Shown here: one piece after another, positions 46,896 through 55,759 of the stretch
How the letters are laid out: each line of letters starts with the position of its first letter
Position numbering within the stretch: the stretch's first letter is position 1
Assembly: GCA_035340095.1 (NCBI GenBank)
Contig: DAORGN010000001.1
Span: 2,218-66,217 of the forward strand
From: Pseudomonadota bacterium
GTDB taxonomy: Bacteria; Myxococcota_A; Polyangia; Palsa-1104; JAEUJZ01
Reading direction: 5' to 3'
Length of the DNA: 64,000 nucleotides
Notes under the pieces: generated by a model
Seen by the model: the letters and a program-made list of their open reading frames with translations, nothing else
The model's database searches: none
Told to the model about the DNA's origin: nothing
Program-made: the position numbers and the translations under genes

Positions 46896-49800
46896 TTACG
46901 GTGGTGGCTGGCTGGGGGCGCCACCGGGGGTCAGCGGCGGCGCCATCGTTCCGCGCGCTTCCAAGACACGAAGCAGGATTCGGTACATCACCGGCAGCAC
47001 AATCAGGGTGAGCAGCGCTGCCGACAGGGTTCCTCCGACGATGACGACGGCGATGGGACGCTGGGTTTCGGCACCGATGGCGCGGGACAGCGCCGCCGGA
47101 ATCAGACCCAGTGCCGCCAGCGCTGCCGTCATCAGCACGGCGCGTAGTCGACTGTGACTGCCTTGGATGATGGCTTCGTCGAGCGGTTCGCCGTGCCTGC
47201 GCCTTTCTTCTATCGACGAAACCACCAGCACGCCGTTTAGCGACGCCTGACCGACGAGCGCAATGAAACCGACCGCCGCGGCTATCGACACCGGCATATC
47301 GACCAGCCAAAGTCCAATCGCACCACCGACGAGCGCAAACGGCACATTGAGCAGGGTGAGCAGCGCCAGCGCCATCGAGTCAAACGCTTTGAACAAAAGC
47401 GCCAGCGTCACCAAGAGCGCGACCGGCACCACCAGTCGAAGCCGTGCCATCGATCGTTCTTTGGACTCGAACTCGCCGCCCCATTCGACGGTCATGCCGG
47501 GCTTTAGCTTCACTTTGCTCGACACCGCTTGCTGGGCATCGAGAACGAAGCTGCCCAAATCGCGACCGCGGACGTTCATGCGCAGGCCGATGTAGCGCCG
47601 TCCATTTTCGCGGTTGAGCGTCGCGCGTCCGTAATCGACATGAATGATGGCGACGGCGGCCAGCGGCACCAGCGCGCCACCTTTGGTCGGAATGCGCAGC
47701 GCCGAGATTTTTTCGATGGTATCGCGGGCTGCTTCGGGAAGTCGCAGCACCACATCGAAGTTGCGCTCGCCTTCCCACAGCGTACCGACGGGGCTTCCAC
47801 CGAGTGCAACCGTAATAAAGTGCTGCACATCACTCATCGTCAGACCGAACCGTCCAAGCAGCTCGCGTCGGGGTTTGATCTGAAGCTGCGGCACCGGCGC
47901 GCTCTTGACGATGCCCAGATCAGAAACCCCGCGGACCTCGGAGATCGCCGCCAGCGCTGCCTCGGCGGTCTGCTGCAAGTCTTTCATGTCGTGGTGGTAG
48001 ATTTTGAGCGCGATCTGACCCATCTGCCCGTAGATGTTTTCGTTGACGTTGTCGCGAATCGGCTGCGAAAAGTTCACCGACAGCCCTGGCACGACCGCCA
48101 GCGAAGCGTGCATTTTTTCGATCAGCGTACCGAGGCTGGGCGTGTCTTTGGGCCAGCTATCCATTGGCTGGAGCTTGACGAAAAACTCCAGGTTGCTCGG
48201 CAGCGCAGCGTCGGTGCCATCTTCAGGGCGCCCGAGCTGCGACGACAGCGACTCAACCTGCGGGAATCCTTGCAAAAGCGAAGTCAGTCGTGGCACAAGC
48301 CGCCGCCCTTCATCGAGCGATACGTTCGACGGCAGCGTGAACGTCAAGTACAGCGATCCTTCGTTGATTTCGGGCAAAAACTCACTGCCGCGGTTTTGCA
48401 GGATGTAGCCGGCCAAAAACAGCGAAGCCACAGCGGTTCCAATCACCACAAGCGGACGCCTTAGCGCGCCGCGCAGCGTCGGTAGATACAGCGCTTCGGC
48501 GGCTTTTAGGACCGGCGATTCGCGGTGCGTCGATCCTTTGCGATAGGCCAGCGTCGCCAGCACCGGCACCAGCGTGACCGAAAACAGCAAGCTACCGAGC
48601 AGCGCTGTCACCACCGTATGAGCCATCGGTGCAAACATCCGTCCCTCGACGCGCTGGAGCAGGAAAATAGGCAGATAAGCGGCGCTGATGATGAGCAGCG
48701 CGAAGATCGTCGGACGTGCGACCTGACGGACAGCCCAGCTGATTCGTTCGAGGTTGTCTTCGGGCGCATCTTTGGGTGGATGCTGGAGCGTCGAGACGAT
48801 GTGTTCGATGATGACGACAGCTCCGTCGACGATGACGCCAAAGTCGACCGCGCCCATCGACAGAAGGTTGGCCGACATCCCGCGTGAGTACAGGTAGATA
48901 AACGCCACGCACAAAGACAGCGGAATCGTCGTCGCGACAATCAGCGCCGCTTTGATATCGAGCAAAAACACCAGAAGAACGATCAGCACCAGCACCGCGC
49001 CTTCGACGAGGTTGCGTCCGACGGTTTCCAGCGTTTTGTTGATCAGTTCGGTGCGGTCGTAAAACGGCCAGACGCGGACGTTTTCCGGCAGCGCGCGGGC
49101 GTTGATGTCATCGATTTTGGCGCGCACCCGAGCCAGCACTGCCGACGGATTTTCGCCGCGCCGCATAAGGACGATGCCTTCGACGGCGTCGGTGTCGTGA
49201 CCGCGACTGTAAATGCCCTGGCGCGGCGTCCAGCCTTCTTCGACGGATGCCACGTCTTTGACCAGGATCGGCGTGCCACCGCGCGTCGTCACCGCGACTT
49301 TGGCGATGTCGATGGGGCTTGCGAACAGGCCTTCACTGCGAATGATAAGCTGTTCGGCCCCACGCACGAGCACGCCGCCCGACGCATTGACCGACGCACC
49401 TTGCAGCGACTCTTCCAGATCGCGCAGCGTCAGTCCCTTGGCTGCGAGCAAGGCTGGATCGGCGCGGACGTGTATTTCGCGCACAAGCCCACCGTAACTT
49501 ACGACGTCCGCGACGCCATCGACTTGCAGAATGCGCGGACGCACCACCCAGTCTTGCAGCGTGCGCAAAAGCAGCGGGTCGCCCTGGATGGTTTCGCCTT
49601 GCTTGCCGACGGAACGCAGCGAATAGCGATAGATTTCGCCAATCGGCGTCGACAAACTCCCAAGCTGCGGGGTGACTCCCGGTGGAAGCTCGGCGAGCCG
49701 CAGTCGTTCGAGCGTCTGACTGCGGGCAAACAGCACATCCACACCATCGGCAAACGTCAGCGTGACAAACGACAGACCGAACAGGTTGATGCTGCGGACT

Positions 49801-50042
49801 TTGACCAGGCCAAAGGTTCCGTTTACCGCGCGCTCGATCGGAATCGAAACTTGGCGCTCTAGCTCCTCGGCGGGCTGGCCGGGATACAGCGAAATGATGT
49901 TGACCTGGGTGTCCGTCGGGTCGGGAAAGGCCTCGATGGTCAGCTCGCGAAATGCGAACAGGCCCCAGATCAGGCACAAAAGGGTGGCAATCAGAACGGC
50001 GGCTCGGCTGCGCAGCGCGGCACGAATCAGTGCGGAGAACAT
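46896..50042 (-). CDS. czcA: Heavy-metal-efflux RND transporter, CzcA/CusA family
   Basis: 1048 aa with 12-TM RND architecture. N-terminus …LTIEAFPDPTDTQVNIISLYPGQPAEELERQVSIPIE…. The TM4 acidic relay is …AVDFGVIVDGAVVIIEHIV… (D-D-E pattern of HME-RND pumps). Confidence 0.9.
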   Translation of the reverse strand: MFSALIRAALRSRAAVLIATLLCLIWGLFAFRELTIEAFPDPTDTQVNIISLYPGQPAEELERQVSIPIERAVNGTFGLVKVRSINLFGLSFVTLTFADGVDVLFARSQTLERLRLAELPPGVTPQLGSLSTPIGEIYRYSLRSVGKQGETIQGDPLLLRTLQDWVVRPRILQVDGVADVVSYGGLVREIHVRADPALLAAKGLTLRDLEESLQGASVNASGGVLVRGAEQLIIRSEGLFASPIDIAKVAVTTRGGTPILVKDVASVEEGWTPRQGIYSRGHDTDAVEGIVLMRRGENPSAVLARVRAKIDDINARALPENVRVWPFYDRTELINKTLETVGRNLVEGAVLVLIVLLVFLLDIKAALIVATTIPLSLCVAFIYLYSRGMSANLLSMGAVDFGVIVDGAVVIIEHIVSTLQHPPKDAPEDNLERISWAVRQVARPTIFALLIISAAYLPIFLLQRVEGRMFAPMAHTVVTALLGSLLFSVTLVPVLATLAYRKGSTHRESPVLKAAEALYLPTLRGALRRPLVVIGTAVASLFLAGYILQNRGSEFLPEINEGSLYLTFTLPSNVSLDEGRRLVPRLTSLLQGFPQVESLSSQLGRPEDGTDAALPSNLEFFVKLQPMDSWPKDTPSLGTLIEKMHASLAVVPGLSVNFSQPIRDNVNENIYGQMGQIALKIYHHDMKDLQQTAEAALAAISEVRGVSDLGIVKSAPVPQLQIKPRRELLGRFGLTMSDVQHFITVALGGSPVGTLWEGERNFDVVLRLPEAARDTIEKISALRIPTKGGALVPLAAVAIIHVDYGRATLNRENGRRYIGLRMNVRGRDLGSFVLDAQQAVSSKVKLKPGMTVEWGGEFESKERSMARLRLVVPVALLVTLALLFKAFDSMALALLTLLNVPFALVGGAIGLWLVDMPVSIAAAVGFIALVGQASLNGVLVVSSIEERRRHGEPLDEAIIQGSHSRLRAVLMTAALAALGLIPAALSRAIGAETQRPIAVVIVGGTLSAALLTLIVLPVMYRILLRVLEARGTMAPPLTPGGAPSQPPP

Positions 50043-50045
50043 CGG

Positions 50046-51323
50046 TTAGTCCTCCACATCGAGCGCGTTAAGCAGCAAAAGGGCGCCGCGGACGACGATG
50101 CGATCGCCGACCCGAAGACCTGAACGAACTTCGGTTTGACCGCCACGCTGCCGTCCGATGGTGACTTCGCTGCGTTTGAAGTGACCTGGCGCAGTTTGGA
50201 CAAACACCACTGCATCAAGTCCATCGCTGACGATGCTCGCGGACGGGACGCGCAATACCGACGGTGCCTTGGTGGGGCTTTTGCCAAAGTGCGCTTCGAC
50301 AAACGAGTTGGGACGCAGTCTTCCCGATGGATTTTTGGCGCGGATGCGAATCGGAATGGTCTGCCTGTCCATGTCGACGACCGCCGAGATGTTTTCGACC
50401 TGGCCTTGGCCCAGGCTGTCATTGTCCCCCGGAATGCGAATGTCGACGGGATCGCCGACGTGCAGGTTGCCGATGTCGGGCTGGGCCACGTCAGCTAGGA
50501 CCAGCACTTCTTCCAGGTCAGCGAGCGTCACCACCGGACGATCTTTGCCGGGACCGACCTGCTGGCCCGTCGCCGAATCGACTTGAATGACCGTTCCCGA
50601 GCGCGGTGCCAAGAGCCAGTAGCGGTTGTCTGCATCGGGCGCAATCGACATCGACTTGAGCCGCGAGTCTGCCGTCTGCGCTTGCAGCTCGGCATCGCGC
50701 AGATCATTTTTTGCGACCAGCAGATCATTGGCCGATGCGCCACGCGCTTCGACGAGCACTTGCATCCGCTCGGCCAGCGCTTTTTTGGTCTGTGCCAGCG
50801 CCGCCGACGCCCGCAGCTCACGCAGGAGCGTCGCCATATCACCCGAGCGGATCAGCGCCAGCTTGGCCCCGGCTTCGACGTGATCGCCCAGCTTGACCGC
50901 AACGTGATCCAGCCGGCCTTCCATCGGCGCGTAGCTTGGTGCAGTGCGCGACTCGACCGCGGCGATGCGCGCAGTAATCGGCGGTAGCGGCAGCGGTTCT
51001 CCGATGGTGACTTCGCCGGTTTCAAACGGAATCGGCTGCGGCGTGCCTTCGCTTAGCACGATGTCGGTCTTGGTCAGCCGAAACGGCGTCGGCGGACTGG
51101 TTTTCTGGTGCTGTCCCTTGATTGATTGCAGCACGAAAAATCCCAGCGATGCGGTGAGCGCCCCTGCGACGAAGCCAACCAGCAAACTGCGTTGCGAAGA
51201 AGCCGGCTTGGCAAACCCCAAATCAGCCCGCGGCGAATGCCCATCCCCCGATTCCTCGGCGCCTCCCGATTCATCCGGCTCGTCGTCGTGGGTCGGCGGC
51301 AGATGCGAAACACGCTTACTCAT
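50046..51323 (-). CDS. czcB: RND efflux periplasmic adaptor (membrane fusion protein, CzcB-like)
   Basis: Acidic N-terminus and a single TM, then lipoyl, hairpin and beta-barrel pattern (…GRLDHVAVKLGDHVEAGAKLALI…, coiled-coil region, …GSFVEAHF…). It lies between the OMF and RND genes; its start overlaps the upstream gene by 8 nt. Confidence 0.85.
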   Translation of the reverse strand: MSKRVSHLPPTHDDEPDESGGAEESGDGHSPRADLGFAKPASSQRSLLVGFVAGALTASLGFFVLQSIKGQHQKTSPPTPFRLTKTDIVLSEGTPQPIPFETGEVTIGEPLPLPPITARIAAVESRTAPSYAPMEGRLDHVAVKLGDHVEAGAKLALIRSGDMATLLRELRASAALAQTKKALAERMQVLVEARGASANDLLVAKNDLRDAELQAQTADSRLKSMSIAPDADNRYWLLAPRSGTVIQVDSATGQQVGPGKDRPVVTLADLEEVLVLADVAQPDIGNLHVGDPVDIRIPGDNDSLGQGQVENISAVVDMDRQTIPIRIRAKNPSGRLRPNSFVEAHFGKSPTKAPSVLRVPSASIVSDGLDAVVFVQTAPGHFKRSEVTIGRQRGGQTEVRSGLRVGDRIVVRGALLLLNALDVED

Positions 51324-52668
51324 CGCTGGCTCCTTCTTGGATTAGGTCAAGACTGATGCGGAACAGGTCGCCAAGAGTGGTCGCTTCTTGCAGCAACAGC
51401 TCGTCGAGAGCGCGCTGCGCTTGGTTTAAGTCGGTGAGCGGCACCGCCCGTGCTTCGAAGGCGCGACGGACATCACGCAAAATCGCCTGACCGCGCGGAA
51501 GCACTTGTTCTTGCAGCGTGGTCAGCCGCTGTCTTTGCGTCAGAAGTGCCCGGCGCAGCGAGTCAATCCGAACTTGTGACGAAAGCACCGTCAGCCGTTT
51601 CTGTTCCGCAAAACGCCGCGCCCGCGACTGCGCCGCTTGCCGGCTCGCTTGACCGTGATCGGACATGGCCAGCGGCGTGCTCAGCGACACCGACACTGAG
51701 TGCTGTTGATTGCCCGACGCCACGAAGGAATCGTACAGATAGCCCACCCGCACCGTCGGATCGGGAATCCGCAGCGCGTAGGCTTGGCGGTCTTCGGCCA
51801 GTGCCGCCGATCGCTGGGCTTCAAGCGCCTGCAAATCCGGACGGGCTTCAATCTGCGGGGACAGGGTCTCGGCACGAACAATCCAGCGGGCGAGAAACTT
51901 GCGGGCCTCTTGCTCATCGGAAAATGCGGCGCAGCGGCTGCCGACAAACTGTCCGCAAGCAGCTTGCGCAGTCAAAATGTCACCTTGATCGGCGGCAATC
52001 TGCTGTTCCAGTCGCAGAAGCTCAATTTCCGCGCGGTCGGCATCCAGCGGCGGACCAAAACCCGTCTTGACCCGCTCGCGTGCAAGCTGAAGCGCCGCTT
52101 TGGACTGTGCAGTCAGCCGCAGATCCGCAGAGAGCCGCAAGCTGGCCACCGCCAGATCACCCAAGGTTCGCAAAAGCTGGATCGCTTGACCGCGCACCGA
52201 CGAACGTCGCTGGGCATCGGCAGCGGTCACAAGGAATGCGGCTCGATCGATTTTGGCACTGCGCCGCGCCAGATCTGGATGGACGCTCAATCCGACGCCG
52301 TAGTTGGGAATGTTGCGCAGTGGATGCGGCAGATCGGGCGGATTCGGCGTCCCAATCGGAATGGTTCCCACCGCAGCGTCGAGCACCGGATTGTCGATGA
52401 GCCGACTTTGCCGCGCGTCCGCTTGGCTCAGATCCACGCTCAGGTGATCTTGCTGGAGCGTTGGCGCATGATCGCGAACCACCCGCAAAAGAGACGGCAG
52501 ATCCAGATCCGCCGTGGGATGGAATTCCTCTTGGGCCACCGATTCCACGGGCGGGCTCTGCGCAGACGCGCGCGGCGCGGTCAAAAACGGTGCAAACAAG
52601 CCAACACCTAGCGATGTTGTCGTAAGCCAAGGGATGATCCAGCGGGCAGGGCGAAGAGATGTGCGCAT
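51316..52668 (-). CDS. czcC: TolC-family outer-membrane efflux protein (CzcC-like)
   Basis: Probable start MRTSLRPARWIIPWL (signal peptide …PRASAQ). Two repeated coiled-coil and beta halves are typical of OMF proteins. It is the first gene of the czcCBA-type operon. Confidence 0.8.
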   Translation of the reverse strand: MRTSLRPARWIIPWLTTTSLGVGLFAPFLTAPRASAQSPPVESVAQEEFHPTADLDLPSLLRVVRDHAPTLQQDHLSVDLSQADARQSRLIDNPVLDAAVGTIPIGTPNPPDLPHPLRNIPNYGVGLSVHPDLARRSAKIDRAAFLVTAADAQRRSSVRGQAIQLLRTLGDLAVASLRLSADLRLTAQSKAALQLARERVKTGFGPPLDADRAEIELLRLEQQIAADQGDILTAQAACGQFVGSRCAAFSDEQEARKFLARWIVRAETLSPQIEARPDLQALEAQRSAALAEDRQAYALRIPDPTVRVGYLYDSFVASGNQQHSVSVSLSTPLAMSDHGQASRQAAQSRARRFAEQKRLTVLSSQVRIDSLRRALLTQRQRLTTLQEQVLPRGQAILRDVRRAFEARAVPLTDLNQAQRALDELLLQEATTLGDLFRISLDLIQEGASDE

Positions 52669-52767
52669 CGTCAATCGGAGACTATAACAGTCTGGCCGCG
52701 CCACAAGCAGTGGCGTCGCGAAGCGCGGGTTTTGGGGGACGAACGGGCGTGGTAATGCGTGTGCTGT

Positions 52768-54276
52768 TTAGGGTCCCGCGACTTCGTACTTCGCAGTCTT
52801 GGGATCGATGCCGGCAAACGGTCGGGTGTCCGGAACCACGCGAACCTGCGTCGAGAACTTGTAGGGAACGATCTGTCCGCTCGGATACGCGAGCTCGATG
52901 AAAAATGCGGTGTAGCCCGCCGCAGGTGCCGTGACCGTGGCCTGGTAGACGCCGCCACCTTGATCGAACAGCTCGCTGCTCTTCCAGTTTTTCCCAAATG
53001 TCTCGACGCGGAAGTCGCGCGCTTTGGGATTCGTCGCCTGCCACAGCAGCACTTTTTGCGGCTTGTCCTGGGTCTGTACGCGAATCGTGTTTGCGCCTTC
53101 GAGCTTCCAGGTAAACGTGGGCCGCGGCCTGTCATCGCGGAATCCCGTCACATAAGCGAGCACGCTTTCCAGTGCATCACTTCCATCGAGCGAGTGATCC
53201 GCATTGGGTACGTAGCGCAGGTATTTGTCACCCGGCAGATCGTCCCAGTAGTTTTGCGAACCATCGGGCAAAAAGAACTGATCACCCGATGCATTGATCA
53301 CGAACTTGGGCATCGTCAGCCGCTTGCGGAAAAGATACGGATCCTCGTTTTTCAGCATGAACGCCATCTCGGGCGTGCCGATGTGAGAGGTGATGTGGTT
53401 GTAGTGGTAGTCGTACAGCGCCTTGGCCCAGAAACCGTAGGTCTCGACGTGCTGGCGCATAAACGTATCGACGTTAAGCACATCAATCACGATCGGAATC
53501 GCTGCCGCCACCCGCGAATCCACGGCTGCCGTAAGCCAGGTCGTCCAGCCGCGCTTGGATGCACCAGCGACGATAAACTTTTCGACATTCAGGTTCCCTC
53601 CTTCACTTGTGCGGAGGAATTCCTGCGTGGTGTCCATCGCCAGCACGGCACTTTTCACCATCGGGAAGCGCGCCGTCCAAGTCGGGTCTTGGGTCTTCAT
53701 CACCTGCGCCCACGAAAACGCCACGATGCCATCTTCGGTGTGCGATTTTCCGTCGTGGTTCGCAAATGTCAGCGGTTCGTTCGGAACCTGCGACAGGTTT
53801 ATCACCAGCGCATTGGTTGCTTTCGCAATCTGCACCATGTCATCCGGTGCTTTCGTTGGTGGCGTGCCGTTGCTGCCTCCCGAAATCGCCAGCACTGCTG
53901 GTCCCGGCGACAGATTGTCGGGCCGAATGATCGTCAGGTCGTGTTGCCACTGCGTGCGATCGACTTCCTGCGGCGTGCGCCACGTCAGCGACTTCATGTC
54001 GATGAAGTACGCGGTATAGCCGCTTCCCTTGTCGGTCATCCGCAGCTTCCACGAGTAGCTGGGATCTTTGGTCTTCACATAGCGATCGAGGTCCGTCAGC
54101 GGATCAGGCTGGGTCCCCGGATCGGGCATCATGGTGCCTTTGTCACAAGCCCAAAGGGACAGCGCCGAAAAAAACAAAAGCGGGCCAGAAAGCTTGCGCA
54201 CGCTCGTCAACATTCCCGTCGAAAACACGCCTTCTGCTTCTGCCTTGGGCGACTCTGTCTGTTTGCTCTCGTTCAT
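52768..54276 (-). CDS. PhoPQ-activated pathogenicity-related (PqaA-type) alpha/beta-hydrolase-like protein, lipoprotein or secreted
   Basis: Signal or lipobox …LLFFSALSLWACD…. The motifs …YVKTKDPSYSW…, …QWQHDLTIIRP… and …VAGASKRGWTTWLTAAVDSRVAAAIPIVIDVLNV… match my memory of the PhoPQ_related family. Confidence 0.7.
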   Translation of the reverse strand: MNESKQTESPKAEAEGVFSTGMLTSVRKLSGPLLFFSALSLWACDKGTMMPDPGTQPDPLTDLDRYVKTKDPSYSWKLRMTDKGSGYTAYFIDMKSLTWRTPQEVDRTQWQHDLTIIRPDNLSPGPAVLAISGGSNGTPPTKAPDDMVQIAKATNALVINLSQVPNEPLTFANHDGKSHTEDGIVAFSWAQVMKTQDPTWTARFPMVKSAVLAMDTTQEFLRTSEGGNLNVEKFIVAGASKRGWTTWLTAAVDSRVAAAIPIVIDVLNVDTFMRQHVETYGFWAKALYDYHYNHITSHIGTPEMAFMLKNEDPYLFRKRLTMPKFVINASGDQFFLPDGSQNYWDDLPGDKYLRYVPNADHSLDGSDALESVLAYVTGFRDDRPRPTFTWKLEGANTIRVQTQDKPQKVLLWQATNPKARDFRVETFGKNWKSSELFDQGGGVYQATVTAPAAGYTAFFIELAYPSGQIVPYKFSTQVRVVPDTRPFAGIDPKTAKYEVAGP

Positions 54277-54352
54277 GATGATGCTTGCCTCCTTGGACGC
54301 ACTTTTTTCGCACGTCCTTGCGCGATGAAGCGGGCATCATACTGAAAAGCGC

Positions 54353-54682
54353 ATGAAGACCATCATTCTCCTTGCCCTGTCTAACGTGTTTATGACCTTC
54401 GCGTGGTACGGACACCTGAAGTGGAAGAGCGCGCCGCTGTGGCAAGCCATCGTCGTCAGTTGGCTTATCGCGTTTGTCGAATACTGTCTGCAAGTGCCCG
54501 CCAACCGTTTGGGTCACGGCACCTATTCCGCCGCGCAGCTCAAGACGATGCAGGAAGTCATCACGCTCTGCGTGTTCTGCGTGTTTTCGGTGACGTACTT
54601 AAAGGAGCCGCTCAAGTGGAACTACTTGGTCGGCTTTGGCCTGATGGCGCTCTCGGTGTTTTTTGTGTTCAAAAAGTTCTGA
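54353..54682 (+). CDS. DMT-superfamily small membrane protein (DUF486 family)
   Basis: 109 aa, four helices, …NVFMTFAWYGHLKW…. Size and pattern are typical for this family. Confidence 0.75.
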   Translation: MKTIILLALSNVFMTFAWYGHLKWKSAPLWQAIVVSWLIAFVEYCLQVPANRLGHGTYSAAQLKTMQEVITLCVFCVFSVTYLKEPLKWNYLVGFGLMALSVFFVFKKF

Positions 54683-54695
54683 CACAAAAAAACGT

Positions 54696-55646
54696 TCAGG
54701 AATGTTTGGCAAAGTGCGTTTCCCCAATCGCAAGATCGAGGATGCGGTCCGCCTGGGTTCCCATCGCTGTGCGCAGAAGCCGCGGTGGTTCATCCAGCGG
54801 TTCGTCGCTCAGTTGAAACGTCCCCCAGTGCATCGGGACAAAGTGCTGCGCGCCCAGCTCACCAAACGCAATCACTGCTTGCTCGGGATCGATGTGCTGT
54901 GGGCTCATAAACCAGCGCGGTGCATACGCTCCAATCGGCAGCAGCGCATAGTCGATGTTTGGGAAACGGCGACCAATTTCGGCAAACGCCGCCGGATAGC
55001 CGGTGTCTCCCGAAAAATACATGCGCGTCGTCGGTGATTCGATGACAAAACCACCCCACAGACTCTGGTTGTGATCACGCAGACCGCGTCCTGACCAGTG
55101 CTGCGCTGGCACCAGCGTGATGCGCACCGTGCCTCCATTTGCGTGCAGCGTCACGTCTTGCCACCAGTCCAGCTCATGCACACGCGGAAGACCGCGGCTG
55201 CGAAAAAAGCCCGCAAGTCCCAGCGGCACGACGTACTGCACACTTGGGCCGAGCGCGCGCACGCTGCTTTCATCCAGATGATCACGGTGATTGTGCGACA
55301 CCACCACCGCATCAATCGGCGGCAAGTCCGCGAGCGCGACACCCGGCGGCGCCAGCCGTTTGATCGTGAACATCCGCATCGCAAACATCGGATCGGTCAG
55401 GATCGAAAGCCCATCAAGCTGCACAAGCAGAGTCGCGTGACCAATCCACGTTACCGTCGCTGTCTTGCGATTTTCACGCAGCGCCCGGCCATCGTTTGGG
55501 CAAGAGGGCGGGACAAAACCACTCTGCTTGGGGGGACGGGATTTGTACCAGCGCAGCACTTCGCGAAAACCAGGTCGAGCCGGCCAGTCGGGTGGATTGA
55601 CAAAGCGATCTTTTAACCACTGCTTTGATTGGGAATATCGCGTCAT
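54696..55646 (-). CDS. MBL-fold metallo-hydrolase (NAPE-PLD/Lactamase_B_3-like)
   Basis: Internal ATG MTRYSQSKQWLKDRF in ORF 54696..56180. Motifs: …TWIGHATLLVQLDG…ILTDPMF…, HxHxDH variant …VVSHNHRDHLD…, …YFSGDTGY…, …VPMHWGTF…. The upstream 178 codons of the listed ORF look non-coding. Confidence 0.82.
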   Translation of the reverse strand: MTRYSQSKQWLKDRFVNPPDWPARPGFREVLRWYKSRPPKQSGFVPPSCPNDGRALRENRKTATVTWIGHATLLVQLDGLSILTDPMFAMRMFTIKRLAPPGVALADLPPIDAVVVSHNHRDHLDESSVRALGPSVQYVVPLGLAGFFRSRGLPRVHELDWWQDVTLHANGGTVRITLVPAQHWSGRGLRDHNQSLWGGFVIESPTTRMYFSGDTGYPAAFAEIGRRFPNIDYALLPIGAYAPRWFMSPQHIDPEQAVIAFGELGAQHFVPMHWGTFQLSDEPLDEPPRLLRTAMGTQADRILDLAIGETHFAKHS

Positions 55647-55759
55647 CGCCGCCCCGATCGTAGCAGAGAGTCTGTCCAAAAAAGGGCCCTTTTGCAGCCG
55701 GCTGCAAAATCCCTTCTCGCCGCGCGCTGTGGTGCCGCGCGCTGTGGTAACGATCCGAC

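Noticed and set aside
47529-48464. 311-aa plus-strand ORF, and others inside 46.9-50.0 kb
   Set aside because: They are antisense to the CzcA-type RND gene, whose 12-TM architecture and TM4 motif are unambiguous.
52759-54345. 528-aa plus-strand ORF
   Set aside because: It is antisense to the PhoPQ-related hydrolase gene. It is Arg/His-rich with no recognisable domain.
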